A DNA stretch of 64,000 bases from Eledone cirrhosa. Taxonomy: Eukaryota. Below the pieces are notes generated by a model. That model did no database searches. It was not told where the DNA came from and saw nothing but the letters and a program-made list of their open reading frames with translations. Within the stretch, counting starts at the first letter, position 1. Each line of letters starts with the position of its first letter. Shown here piece after piece: positions 11,601 through 25,917 of the stretch. The position numbers were made by a program, and so were the translations under genes. The stretch lies in NCBI GenBank assembly GCA_964016885.1, contig OZ024756.1, positions 5,394,001 through 5,458,000 on the forward strand. The letters are read 5' to 3'.

Positions 11601-11682
11601 TATCATCCGTCTTTTGTCTTTAAGAAAAAAGAAAAATATTAGTGAAGAAAACGAAATCCTGGAAATAAGAATATATATATAT

Positions 11683-11880
11683 AATTGTTTCTACTTTGGC
11701 ACAAGACCAGCACTTACCCAGTACATTACTGGTACTTTATTTTATCGACCCCGTAAGGATGACAGGCAAAGTTAATCTCGGCAGGATTTGAACTCAGTCC
11801 GTAAAGGGTCGTAACTCTATGCTGGAAAGCATGGTGTCTGACGCTCTATCTATACTGCCAATCCACCACTCCGCCAATCC
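11683..11880 (-). mobile_element. SINE family A
   Basis: Reverse complement of the family A consensus. Confidence 0.9.
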
Positions 11881-12349
11881 AAGAATATATATAATAGTCA
11901 ACTTAGTGTAATGTAGAAGTTATACTGCTGTTGCTGTTGTTACTATTGTTGTTGTTGCTGCTACTGTTTCTTAGTCTCAGTTCCGAGCTGTTACTCTTTT
12001 GGTTCCTGTAATGGAAGAGAATATCGGTTATCTTTCAAATTGTTATTACTCCTTGTTAGTTATGACAGCGACAGAATTCAGAACTCGCTACTGAATCAAG
12101 TAGATAAGTAACGTAGAAGATGCGAACATTTGATATTTGTCCCCACCTTATGTGTTTCTATATATGCATTACATATTTTAACTTATCAGTACTATATACA
12201 TAACATATATCTATATATATAAAATACTTAAGACTATATATATATATATATTATATACACACACACACTCTCTCTTTCTCTCTTTCTATCTCTCTCTCTC
12301 TCTCTCTCTCAGAATATGAAAAATAGGGGAACTGATTAAGAATAGAATT

Positions 12350-12394
<45 letters not shown>

Positions 12395-13021
12395 AGGGTG
12401 AGAAGAGGAGAAAGTTGTTGATTATATCTAGCATTCATTTTGTCTCAGTTAATTCTTATCTCGCCTAAAATATGACACTCATAAAACAGAATATATTTCC
12501 ATTGTCAGCAAGCATGTGGCCAGGGAAAACTATGCCTGATTTCCTAAAAAAAAAAAAAAGCGAAAACATTCATCTGCGTGTTATGTGTCCTACCCAAAGA
12601 TAGTGATGTTTAACTCCGTCAAAAATGTCTGCCTAAAAAATATATATCATATCATATCATGGACTTAACTTTATATTTATTTGAAGACAAAGTTTCTTCT
12701 GAAATAGTCCACAAAAGAAAGAACGTTCCTATCTCTAAGACTATTGGCTGGACTTCAGTTAAAACAGTAAAATATATTTTGTAGCAACAGTCAGTTCGAT
12801 CTATTAGATGTTTCTGATAAATGAAACCTGACTATTTTTCATTCTGAGGAAATAAATCTCATATTTCCAATTTGTTTTCTGCTATGTAATATCATCCTAG
12901 ATAATATTGTTCGAGTTAAATAAATTGCAATAACTCAAAATAGAAGTAATAATACCCCGTACAAGTATTCTCAAAAACCAATCTTTCCCCTACCTTTTTC
13001 TTGCAAGATCGAAAAATAACA

Positions 13022-13083
<62 letters not shown>

Positions 13084-13139
13084 GATCTCACAAGTAAGAT
13101 AGAAGTGAATATATTTTCACATTCAAGTGGGCAGGAAAG

Positions 13140-13345
13140 GATCTCATCAACAGATCGAACCAAATGAACAAGGTTTACATTGGACTTTTATTCCTGATAT
13201 CAACTGTCGGTCTCAACTACTCGGTGAAAAGGTGTTGTGGAATAAAGTGGTGTGCTTAGAAATACAATACACCGCTCACTCCAGGAATCGCACCCTAGGC
13301 CTTATGGTCCCTTGTCTAACAACTTCACAATTAGATCACGAAAAT
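13140..13345 (-). mobile_element. Decayed CORE-like tRNA SINE
   Basis: Similar to 41975-42200 (ccaggaatcg..., gtg..ttg..ca). Confidence 0.5.
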
Positions 13346-13544
13346 TCACATACACGAAATCTTAAATCTTGCGGATCTCTATTTTACTTACTATGAGTGT
13401 CTCCAGACAATTTGGAAATATAGAAAATGCATGGTTTTAGGGGAACGGTTCTATTTTCGTAGTCTTCTAAACTGAAAATTAAGACAAAAGGATATTGAAT
13501 ATTTAAGGAATCCCGCTCACTCACTCACTCACTCACGTATATTG

Positions 13545-14150
13545 ATATTATACACAAGTATATATACATGTAGATATGATACATCAAATAAAATCCAAAT
13601 TGACTATATACACAGAAATTGAACAAAGCCTGTGTTACACTGTCTTCTGTAATCAGTAATCCATGATATATAAAAAAAAAAGACGACATTATATATAAAC
13701 TGCATTAGGAGAAAATTAGCGACGGAAATATATGCGATTATAAGTGTTATAATATAACGGCCGCTAACCGGAAGTGTTGACATTAGATAATTTTAAAGAA
13801 GTACATTTTAAAGATAAAGCTATAAAACATATTTAATCAACAGCCACTAAATTTAGCACATAAATGATGTAATATTCATTCATTATTTATTCAAAGTCGG
13901 TAGAGTGTCGGGCGCCAGGCTTTCCAACATATTTACGTCCTTTTACGATCTGAGTTCAAATCCCGCCGAGGTTGACTTTGCCTTTCATCCTTACGGGGTC
14001 GATTAAATAAAGTACCAGTAATAAACTGGGTAATTGCTGGCCGTGTGCCTAAAGTAGAAACAATTATTTATTCAAAGTAATTCAACTTATTTTACAAACG
14101 GGGTAAAAAAAATATATTCTGGACGCAATCCCGCAGACCTTCCTTTATTA
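13545..14150 (-). mobile_element. AT-rich dispersed repeat (family C) carrying a SINE A insertion at 13897-14075
   Basis: Homologous to 30345-31135 and 37890-39700 (catggattac..ctgattacagaaga; ctttgaataaataat). Confidence 0.7.
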
Positions 14151-14225
14151 TAGTTAAGATTTTATTACTTAATTGGGACATTATTTATCGAACGATTTTA
14201 TACTAAAATGTATTATATACTATGG

Positions 14226-14750
14226 TGGGATTTGAACTCAGAACGTAAAGTGACGAATTTATCACACTGCAATTTTAGTCCGGCAGCCTACCGATTCCGC
14301 CAACCCATCACTATTAGCTATATTGTTTCTACTTTTGGCACAAGGTCAGCGATTACCCCAGTGAATCACTGGTACTTTATTTTATCGACCTCGTAAGGAT
14401 GAAAGGCAAAGTCAACCTCGGCGGATTTGAACTCAGAACGTAAAGGGACGAAATTATCACACCACAATTTTAGTCCGGCAGCCTAGTGATTCCTCCAACC
14501 CATCACTATTAGATGTATTGTAATATTGATTTCTTACATAGGTACAAGGCCAGCAATTTTTGGGGAGGGGGAAAGTCGATTAAATCGACCCCAGTGCGTG
14601 ACTGGTACTTTATTTTATCCCCCCCCCCCCGTGAGGATGAAAGGCAAAGTTAACCTCCGCGGGATTTGAACTCAGATCATAAAGGGCCGTAACTCTTTGC
14701 TGCAAAGCATGGCGTCCGACTCTCTACCGATACTGCCCACCCACCGCCGA
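14226..14750 (-). mobile_element. Cluster of three SINE A copies (one partial)
   Basis: Repeated gatttgaactcaga and ggtactttattttatc blocks. Confidence 0.85.
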
Positions 14751-15384
14751 GATGTATTGCAATATTAACGAGCAACCCCCCCCCCTCGAAAAAACAAATC
14801 TAACATACACAAGAAAAACACAAGAAAAGCACAAAATAAAAACTACTTTATAATTGTAAAAAAAAAAAAATGTATTATAATTATTTTCACCGTTGTCATG
14901 ATTAACTGGCAGCAATCCATGGAAGAACTGTAAATTGTATGGTTTGAAGTCGTTTGTAGGCCGTTCTGTGAATGACTTCATTCTCACCATACATCATATA
15001 GAACAGCATTTTATTTCAAACTTACTAAATCGATGACTGATTCCAAATAAGCGACATTCATTTGTTCACATTGTATTCAATTAAATATAATTGTTGTTAT
15101 TTGTATGCATGTTTCACAAAAAAATCTTCTTTAATAAGCTGGCTGATATTTTTTGTATTGTTTAGCTAAAATAATTGAAAAGAACTGTTTACGTTTTCTT
15201 TTTTTTTATATAGAAAATATAAGAGAAAACGGAGGTCGATATAAACATATATAAAATAGATTGGAGGCAATTTTCTTGTAAACTTCGTGTAAATGAGATT
15301 TGTGGTTATCAACTAATGTTTAGCGGATGTCACATGTCTGACAGACGTATAGGAGACTTGGCTGGGCATCTCTGTGCGATTGTC

Positions 15385-15865
15385 GGTGTGTCAGTGTGTG
15401 TGTCTGTGTGTCTGTCTGTGTGTGTGTGTATCGTGTGTGTGTGGGTGTGTGTTATGTGTCGGTGTCAGCCTGTTATGTATGTCTGTGTGTGTGACAGTGT
15501 GTTATGTATGTGTCTGTATGTGTATTGCGTGTGTGTGTGTATGTGTCAGTGTCAGCCTGTTATGTATGTGTGTGTGTGTGTGTGTCAGTGTGTTATGTAT
15601 GTATATGTCTGTGTATTGTGTGTGTGTGTGTTATGTGTCGGTGTCAGCCTGTTATGTATGTGTCTGTGTGGTGACTGTGTGTGTGTAGGTGGGAGGTTGT
15701 ATGCAAGTGTTATGTGTCTGCATGTTTTGAGTGCGCGTATATGTAGTGTGCGTGCGCTTGTATGTGATGTGTGTGTGTGTGTGTGCGTATATGTAGTGTG
15801 TGTGCGCGTGTATGTGGAGTGCATGTGTGTGTATGTGAGGGGGGGGTCTGTATGTGTCTGAGTGT
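15385..15865. repeat. Degenerate (TG)n with a recurring gtcagcctgttatgtatg unit
   Basis: Direct inspection. Confidence 0.85.
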
Positions 15866-16566
15866 GTCGGTGGTTAACCTGCCTGTTTCTAGGTATGTTA
15901 GTGTCCAGTTATATATGACGAGAGGCTGTGGTCACACAGATATCCCGAGGTGAGAAGAGGTGACATATTTATGGTTTAATGACTGACACTTCTAATTGGG
16001 AAGCTACTTCTATTACAAGAGTGTTGTGTAGTTCTCTATACAGAACTATTATTGGGATGTCTTTGGAACCAGAAGAGGCACTGAAAGTCCGAAATTGCAA
16101 TACACACACACGCACACACACAGACATACACACACACATGCATACACACAGGCACACACATGCATACACACAGACATGCACATACATACACCCGTATGTG
16201 GTTGATTGACGAGAAAAAAGAGTACTCAACACCAGACTAGTGTTTAAATATTCAATTAGTCTTGTTATTCTCAGGATCATCAGATTAGACGCGTCTTTTC
16301 TGATGTTCCTGGGAGTGAACGGGTGAAGCTACACACAGACAGACACAGACACACACAGGCACACATACATACACACAGACATACACACACATATATATAT
16401 ATATATATATGCTCTGTAAAACAACTGATGTTCATACATTGAGCTATTTCTCTTACTGGTAATAAGGTAATTAAGAAATTACTGACCTTCCTGTTTATAG
16501 TTGTTTATACTATATACATAACTATAAATAGTATTATATATATATGTATATATATATATATGTATA

Positions 16567-16639
<73 letters not shown>

Positions 16640-16910
16640 AGAATAGGATTGACTGTGTAGTCGGTAGTTAAGTTAGGCTTAAAAATGGAATGAGAACAAG
16701 AAGCAAGAAGGGGGTGGGGTGACGGGGGGGGGGTAATGTTTCCTCATCAGTTGTCTACTAGGGGTCTCGGATATTTCTACGCTTTAAAGACAATATATCT
16801 ACCCCCAGAGCGTTCAATAACTGGGTAAGTTATCGGGAAACGGAGGAGGTAATGGAAATTGAAGGGAAAAATGAAAAAGGGAAGAAAAGAGAAAATAGCG
16901 AATAAAACAA

Positions 16911-16942
<32 letters not shown>

Positions 16943-17126
16943 GGAACGAGTAGGACCCCTACGGCTGAGCTCAAGCCGTTTCGACGGCTAATTCTGGACT
17001 GAATTAGCCGTCGAGGTCCTACTCGTTCCTATTACCCACTCTACTACCCTAAGTATTGAGTACTTTGTTGCGTTATGGTCCATCTGGTTCCTTACCACTT
17101 TGCCTTCGTTATATATATATATATAC

Positions 17127-17203
<77 letters not shown>

Positions 17204-18193
17204 AATTGATAGAGAAAGAGGCATTTTGTTCCCTGCCTTTAGTTACGGCTCTTTCCATCAAAGTTAAGATCCCACCGATGTTGATAATATAAAGTACCAG
17301 TCAAATATTGGGGTCGATGTGTTCGCCCTGAATCAATACTTCAAATTTACTGGCCTTAAAATGAAGTCATTATATTCAACGTTTTAATTATCTTCACTTC
17401 TTTATATTAAATTGACGTTGCTTTCAAACGTAGGTTTCTGTTTTAATGACAGAGACACAGATCTGAATTAATCTAAAGAATGAAGCAATCATTACATTTC
17501 ATTGACAACCAAGTAACACAATCGATTAGTAATTTGTAGTGAATTAACAGCTTAATTACTTGAGATATTGTGAAAGTCGTGGACAGGACCATCGGGAAAA
17601 TTACGGTAATTATTACCTCCCATAATGTTTAGTGAAACTTTATTATTAATTGTAATTATTTTTAACAAGTTCATTGTATTTTAGTGTGTCTTTTATGGCC
17701 TTTGTTGTAACGCTCTAAACATCAGTTTAAGGCTGGCATGTTTATTGTTATGTTTTACTCCTATATATAACTTTGAATCATGTTTTCTCAATGTTATAGT
17801 CGTTACAAAAATATCTAATAATGCATGATTTCTATTGAAAGAGTCATTATTGTATATTTTTATTGTATATTTTTATAAATGTTTATCGCGCCAACATGGT
17901 TAATAATTTTAAAATGTACTGACCATTTGTTAATAGATTTAGAATAAATAGTACAACATAGCATTGTATTATGTTGTGTTAGTGACTTATAAACATCTCA
18001 TAAAACTATAACTTGTCTTAACAGAGCGTGCACTTGACTTATACACACATGTACAGACATACACACATACACGTTCACAAACGCAAACTCGTTTACTTAA
18101 AACTATCCTTTCGTTACCATGTTTCTAGTGATGCACAACACATTGTTTTCAAATCTTAATTTCATGATTATGTGTACACACACACACACACGC

Positions 18194-18226
<33 letters not shown>

Positions 18227-19294
18227 CACGCGCACGTGAGGCCCGGGTTCAATCGGGGGTAGACACAATTGGTAAAGTACTCAATAGATTAGTGAGAGTA
18301 AACATCATGTTTAATATAGAAATATCTACTACAGGACTAGAACTGTTTCCTTCAAAAGAAATCACCAAGGCTGCTTTCCTGATGATTTCTTTTCAAAGAT
18401 AAATGAAGGAGCAACTATTAGACATGTCTAAATGAGTAAACAGATATTTCTATGAATTAATAGCTAAATACAAGATAGAACATCAGCCGGTTGAACATAG
18501 CAATTTCTTCGGCTGCAGCTATGATGATATCGAAGGGAATCAGATTCAATTCTAGTAAAAAAAACAACTATTTAGTGACGCCCACTTAAAAAAAAAAAAA
18601 AAATGCAACAAATAAATAAACACTGGAGAAAATATAAAAATTAAAAAATAACATTACAAAAACCACAAAACATGTTTTTCACCTGGAGAAGCAAAATGTG
18701 GAATCTGTAAAAAATAGAAAATAAATATTACGAAAATGTTGCTTAAAGACGAGTAAAGAATCTGGAAGTGAGAGTAAAACTTTAAAAAAGTCCTCTTAGC
18801 AAGTCACGCCGAGAAAGACACAAAGAAACGCCCGAAGCCTTTTTTTTTTATATTTGGATGAATTATAAAAAGAAAAAAAATTCCTGGTACTGAATGACAC
18901 ACCAACATCAACAAAATTCAAAACATTTTGGCTGAAAATATGGAACGAATACAAACAATACAATGAATTCACATTGGGAATGAGAAAAATAAGGAGAAAA
19001 AAAGTGTAGTAGATGATAAACACAAGTCACTATTACTAGCGGACAGTTCAGCAATACAATATAGACGAGTAGCAAGAGGAAATTCTCCCCCCCCCCCCCC
19101 AAAAAAAAAAAATTGATGAAGAGTATTCATGAATCTCTGCTAATAGTATTGAATATGTTATTAAACAGACCACAATAAATACTGATTAGTTAATAGAGAG
19201 GAACATAAGAATGATTGCACGAAGTATAAACACTACGGTCAACAATATATAAAATATTCTGCCCAATAACATGTTTACCAGCAGTATACAGAAC

Positions 19295-19342
<48 letters not shown>

Positions 19343-19344
<2 letters not shown>

Positions 19345-19969
19345 TGGCTGCCAACTCGTTTTCGAGTACGGCCACTACTTTACATCAATGTAGGAGAACC
19401 CCTACCAATGCGCTGAACGAGTGTGACTTTTTAGTCCAGCCAGCGACTTGAAAACTCTGGTACAAACACTACACCTGTGACAATTATTGACACATAGAGC
19501 TAGGCCCATGGTACCATGTGATGACAAGTGCAGAGAGATCTCCAGATATAAAGCAATGCCTGTGCCGTGAAACTTTTATAGTGAGCAAAGGCACTGCACA
19601 AAGCCAGTCCCACTCTCTTAACCAAGATGATATTTACCATAAAGAAGAACAAGTCAACACCATTGGATACCATCAGGGTTGCAGGTATTATGTCAGTTTT
19701 CCTTCTCCTAGAATTCTGCCTTGACAAAGGCTAAGGGGTCATCTCTCCCGGTGATTTTGGATGGCCATTGAATCTTAAGAGCTCCTTTGACAGGTTTTGT
19801 TTTTAGTCCTGCAGGATGTCCAAAGTCACCCTCCTCACCAAGAAACCTTGGTGGGGTTGCCAGTTTAGTCGCCAATGACCCGATCATGAGACGGGTTGTA
19901 CTGGGATACATGTTACCAGTAGCACCAACTGGTTACCTGACACTGGTGACCTGACACTGGTGACCTGAC
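19343..19969 (-). mobile_element. Full-length copy of the ~600-bp RTE-like element
   Basis: High similarity to 5639-6236; 14-bp terminal unit actggtgacctgac present three times; (TA)n and (TACA)n flanks. Confidence 0.8.
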
Positions 19970-20070
19970 ACACATATATATATGCATACATACATATATA
20001 CATACATATATGCATATATGCATACATACATATATACATACATACATATATACATACATACATATATACA

Positions 20071-22323
20071 TACTCGAATGGGAAATCACCAGGCCCATAC
20101 CTCATTACAGGATACTGGTTGAAGAATTTCACTTTGTATCGGCAGGATCTCATACAACTGTTTACAGAAACCATATAGCCAAACCACCCTTGCTAAAAAT
20201 TACCGCCCAATAGCCTGCCAAAACATCATGTATAAATTATATACTGGGTGCCTTAACCTGTTCTTACAGGATCACTGTGCTACCAACAACACCATAACAC
20301 CTGCGCAAGCTGGTGAAAAGAGGGAGGTGTGGGGTTGCATAGATCACCTACTAATTAATAAAATGATTCAGGAAAAAACAACAAAGAATCGCCGAAACAT
20401 GACTGTGGTGTGGCTAGACTATCAAAATCATTTGATAGTGTACCTTATGGGTGGATTATTAAGGCTTTACAGTTAGTCAAAGTCCCACAACCATTGGTAG
20501 CTGCTGTTGAACGCCTGACCAAGAACTGGTACACCAATTTGATCCTTAGAGGTGAGAAGGAGCAAGTTAAGACTTATAAGATACATTACCAGAAGGGCAT
20601 CTTTCAGAGTGATAGCTTGTCAGTGCTATTCTTCGTTCTCTCACTAAATCCACTATCTTACCTACTCAGGAAACAAGGTGGACAAAGAAGTGGGTCCAAA
20701 AGTATATCGCATTTTTTCTTTGTTGATGACCTGAAGTTGTATGGGTCAAATATCAATGACATCAAGAAACAATTGGACCTCATTACACAATTTTCAACAG
20801 ACATCAAAATGAAATTTGGTGAGTCCAAGTGTGCATATTTGGCAGTAAAACGTGGAAGAGCCCTCCTCTAGAAATCTAGAGATGAACGGCCTGACAATAC
20901 AACCTCTACAGTCAGGTGACAAATACAGATATCTTGGACAGGATGAGAATGTCAGATATGATGGACCCATAAATAAGGAGAGAACCAGAACTGAATACCT
21001 CAGAAGAGTAAAGAAAATATGAACATCAGAACTGTCAGCGTACAACAAATACATTGCCCACAATACTTATACTGTGCCAATTCTAACGCCAACATTTGGC
21101 CTGCTGAACTGGTCATTGCAAGAACTAAGTATCTCACTTAGTTAGAACTCGCAAACTTCTCAGTGTTACTGGGAACTTTAACATCAATGGTGATGTGGGT
21201 AGGCTATACTTCTCACGCAAGGAAGGTGGCCGGGGTCTAAAGTCCATATTAACAACATATGAGACCCGGATAGTAACACTGAAGCAACATCTTCAACAGA
21301 GGAAAAAGGTTGGCAACCATATTGCCCAGGTTTATGAGCATGAAAAAAAAATATCATTAGAATAGCGACTGATCTGGAGGAGAGATATGGAATAAAGCCT
21401 GATATAAATCTCTCACCCAGAGAAATCGGAAGATCCTATTCAATGTTCAAACAAGATAAAAAAATTGACCAATTTATAGAAAAAGTTGTGCATGGATACT
21501 TGAGACGTAAAACACAGACCATAGAGAGGATAAACCACTCAAAAAGCCTGGCATGGAGTTCCGACAAGTTTATGACATCACACTTTGAGGGATATCTCTA
21601 TGCAATACAGGAACAATAACTCCCTACCAAATATCTGCTGCACAAAAGGGGAGGGCTAGCAGCTGACAATTAATGTAAGCTATGTAAAACAAAGATCGAG
21701 GATGTAAGCCACATTGTTGCCAGCTGCGAAAGAATATCATCTCGCTACTACCTCCACATGAGACACGATGGGATAGCTAGAACCATCTGGAACGCACTTC
21801 GGAAAACAAAATTAACAACAAACGAAGAAGAATATATTGAGACAGATGGCACTAAGGAATACTGGTGGAACCTGAAAATAAAAACTGCCACCAAATTAAA
21901 GCACAACCAGCCTGATATTGTTGTTTGGGACCACACATTGAAAACGTGTTCTGTTGTGGAGATCAACTGCCCATTTGATGTAAACGTTGTCAGAAAAATA
22001 CAGGAGAAGGAGGACATCTACGGACCATTGATGAGGAGTTTACAAATCCAGTATCCAAGAAACACCTTTAGCTTCATACCCATCATTATTGGAGCTACGG
22101 GTTATATACCAACCTGCTTGGACCAAAGTATGACTGAACTTGGATTTGCGGACAAAAAGCGCAGCTCCCTAATTCATAGTCTACAAATGGCTGTAATAGC
22201 TGGCACCTTCAAAATTTGCAAAACATTCTTGTGATTCAAGGGATGACGATTTCTTTTCTTTTACAACCTTGCCACCAGGAAGGTGGCCGGTCAAAAGACT
22301 ATACTCGAAATTAAGAGAAACAC
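20071..22323 (+). mobile_element. 5'-truncated, degenerate non-LTR retrotransposon of the restriction-like-endonuclease class (R4/Dong-like): RT, CCHC finger and RLE domain
   Basis: Motifs KSPGP..ITGYWLK, NYRPIAC..MYKL, WLDY, FDSVP, GIFQSDSLS, FFVDDLKLY, YRYLG, EGGRGL, CKLC....EDVSHIVASC, RHD, QPDIVVWD, EINCPFD; frameshifts and stops (e.g. ~20425, 20871, ~21020); ORF ends at 22234. Confidence 0.92.
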
Positions 22324-22407
22324 ATAATATACATAAATATATATATATATATATATATATACCTACAAATATATATATATATATATATATATACCTACAA
22401 ATATATA

Positions 22408-22444
<37 letters not shown>

Positions 22445-22451
22445 ACAAATA

Positions 22452-22485
<34 letters not shown>

Positions 22486-22495
22486 CCTACAAATA

Positions 22496-22536
<41 letters not shown>

Positions 22537-22625
22537 ACAAATATATATCTGTGTATATATATATACATATATATATATATACAAATATATATGTGTGTGT
22601 GTATATATATATACAAATATATATC

Positions 22626-22659
<34 letters not shown>

Positions 22660-22669
22660 CAAATATATA

Positions 22670-22715
<46 letters not shown>

Positions 22716-22755
22716 AATATATATGTGTATATATATATATATATACAAATATATA

Positions 22756-22795
<40 letters not shown>

Positions 22796-22833
22796 AATAT
22801 ATGTGTATAATTATATATATATACAAATATATA

Positions 22834-22871
<38 letters not shown>

Positions 22872-22915
22872 CATACAAATATATGTGTATAATTATATAT
22901 ATATACAAATATATA

Positions 22916-22955
<40 letters not shown>

Positions 22956-23407
22956 CATACAAATATATATCTGTGTATATATATATTTATATATATACAT
23001 ACAAATATATATCTGTGTATATATATATTTATATACAAATATATATGTGTATATATATATTTATATATATACATACAAATATATATCTGTGTATATATAT
23101 ATTTTTATATATACATACAAATATATATCTGTGTATATATATATATTTATATGTATATATATATATATGTATATATATATTTGTATATATGTATATATAT
23201 ATTTGTATATATATATATATATATTTGTATATATATATATATATATATATATTTGTATATATATATATTCGTATATATATATATATATATATATTTGTAT
23301 ATATATATATATTTATATATATATATATATATATTTGTATATATATATATTTTTATATATTTGTATATATATATTTGTATATATATATTTGTATATATAT
23401 ATATATT

Positions 23408-23442
<35 letters not shown>

Positions 23443-23471
23443 ATATATATATTTGTATATATATATATATT

Positions 23472-23506
<35 letters not shown>

Positions 23507-23637
23507 ATATATATATATATATATTTGTATATATATATATATATATATATATTTGTATATATATATATATTTGTATATATATATATATTTGTATATATAT
23601 ATATATATATTTGTATATATATATATTTGTATATATA

Positions 23638-23670
<33 letters not shown>
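22324..23670. repeat. ~1.35-kb interrupted (TA)n array
   Basis: (TA)n punctuated by acaaat/ctgtg, then by atttgt. Confidence 0.95.
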
Positions 23671-23672
<2 letters not shown>

Positions 23673-23689
23673 TATTGAACATGCTGGCT

Positions 23690-23882
23690 GTTTATCAAGG
23701 AAGTAATAACATTTTGCCACAAGACCTCAACGGGTGTCGGAAAGATGAGTATGTGTGTGTATGTTTGGTTGGGAAGATAAAACCAAGAAATTACTGAAGA
23801 GTGCAAAAAGTGATAGAAACGCCTTAGCAAGCCATTGATTGCTTACAGGAATCTGACACAATTTCCCTCTAATGGATACCTC
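23690..23882 (+). pseudogene. Old R4-type RT fragment
   Basis: [16 protein letters not shown]...EITEECKK...WI resembles RT domains 2-3 of RLE-type LINEs. Confidence 0.45.
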
Positions 23883-23942
23883 AGAAAAGTGTACAGAAAT
23901 ATCACAACCATGTCAGATTGAAATATCATTATTATTGCAATA

Positions 23943-25320
23943 AGGCGGTGAATGGGCAGTATCGGTAGAGGGTCGGACGCCATGCTTTCCAGCATAGTTA
24001 CGTCCCTTTACGATCTGAGTTCAAATCCCGCCGAGGTTGACTTTGCCTTTCATCCTTACGGGATCGATAAAATAAAGTACCAGTCACGCACTGGGTCGAT
24101 TTAATCGACTTTCCCCTCCCCCAAATTACTGGCCTTGTGCCTATATAAGAACCCATTATTGCAATAAGGCGGTGAATTGGCAGTATCGGCAGAGGGTTGG
24201 ACGCCATGCTTTGATGCATAGAGTTACGGCCCTTGCCATTCTGAGTTCAAATCCGCCCTAGATTAAATTTGCCTTTCATCCTTACGGGTTCGATAAAATA
24301 AAGTACCAGTAATGCACTAGGATAATTGCTGGTCTTGTGCCAAAAGTAGAAACAATTATTATTGCAAGAGGTGATAATAATTTTCTACTTTTGGCACAAG
24401 GCCAGCAATTATGCAAGTGTATTATTGGTACTTTATTTTATCGACCGGGATTTGAACTCGGATTATAAAGGGGCGTAACTCTGTGCTGCAAAGCATGGCG
24501 TCCGACCTTCTACCGACACTGCCAATTCCCGCTAATTATGCTTTCTGACATAGTCACGACGCCAACAATTTGGGGGGAGGAGAAAGTCGATTAAATCGAG
24601 CTCAGTGTGTTACTGGTACTTTATTTTATTGACCACATAAGGATGAAAGTCCACGTTAACGTTGGAGGGATTTGAACTCAGAACGTAAAGGGTTGTAACT
24701 CTATGTTGCAAAGCATATTGTCCGATGCTCTACCGATACTGTAGAGGAGCTTTAAAGAGAGTCGATAAACTTGTGAATGTTTTGTTGAAGGTGTTGGATA
24801 CAAAGGTTGGTTGACATAGCAGGAACAATAGGAAAGGTGCTAGGTATACCTTAGGATAAAGGGGAAAGATTGATATCTAGTAACACGGAGGGAATCGAAC
24901 TCAGAACGGAAAGGGCTGTAAGTCTATGCCACAAAGCATGCTGCCCAACGCTCTACCGATATTGTCAATCCATCCCCTTAATGCTAATAATAATTGTTTC
25001 TACTTTAGGCACAAGGCCAGCAAATACCCAGTGCATTACTGGTACTTTATTTTATCAACCCCGTAAGGATGAAAGGCAAAGTCAACCTCGGCGGGATTAA
25101 TAATAATGTTCTACTTTAGGCACAATGCCAGCAATTTCGGGAGAAGGGGGAGTTGATTAAATCGACCCCAGTACATTACTGGTACTTTATTTTATCGACC
25201 CCGTAAGAATGAAAAGCAAACCTAACCTCAGCTGTATTTGAACTCAGAACGTAAAGGGCCGTATCTCTATGCTGAAAAGTATGTTTCCCGACTACTTATA
25301 ACTGCCAATCCACTCTCCCT
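23943..25320. mobile_element. Dense cluster of ~7 SINE A copies (two on +, the rest on -)
   Basis: Repeated family A consensus. Confidence 0.9.
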
Positions 25321-25654
25321 TAAGGGGAGATAATTATGGAAACGAATCAGTCGTATCCCCTCTACTAGTATGCCTAGAATAGTACATCCCTACATTGTGT
25401 TTGGGGGTTAAAAAGGCTATTGGACTTGACAGTGATAAATATAAAAGGTTCTAGATGTTGGTGGGTTCATTGATTATTTTAAATCTTTCATGGTGTTAGG
25501 TGAAAGTCTGTGACATTATATTCTGGACTTGAGGTGCTTCACTCTGAAGATTTCTTGTAGGTTTTGAAATTTCTAATGGAACTCAGAGATCAAAAGCATG
25601 GTCTATGTGATTTATATGTATTCTTCGTCATTATGTGTTCTAATAGCTTCTGGT

Positions 25655-25780
25655 GAAGGCATATGTCTTAGTGGTTAGGGAATTGAATTGACAATCGTCA
25701 GGTTGTCAGTTCCATTCTCGGTCCAGGCAATGTGTTGTGTCCTTAAGCAATCCAGTTTATTTCATGTTGTTGCTTCTTCC
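25655..25780 (+). mobile_element. CORE-like tRNA SINE head
   Basis: tagtggttaggg...ggtccagg...ttgtgtccttaagcaa. Confidence 0.55.
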
Positions 25781-25917
25781 AGGAGCTGCGACCGTTAGAT
25801 AGTATCAGCGATGGAAAGAATAATGGAAACATTGCTTATTTGGGCCCATTTGGCGAGTTCCACCCCATTCGGCAAGTGAACGAGGTCTGGGATCTTGTCG
25901 AACAAAAACAATAATAA

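Noticed and set aside
19343-19440. HDV-like ribozyme suggested by a GGUGGCU/GGCCACU 7-bp stem with a G.U pair
   Set aside because: No room for a P3/L3 domain and no P1.1; better explained as the reverse complement of the element's 3' hairpin
20070-20078. atactcgaa, also at 22301-22309, as a LINE target-site duplication
   Set aside because: Only 9 AT-rich bp partly overlapping microsatellite, and unique sequence continues past the second copy; cannot be distinguished from chance
22269-23797. Long YI/IY ORFs (also at 52082-52407, 61293-61964 and 62952-63340)
   Set aside because: Translations of (TA)n
23943-24040. tRNA genes suggested by A/B boxes
   Set aside because: No cloverleaf or acceptor stem; these are heads of multicopy SINEs
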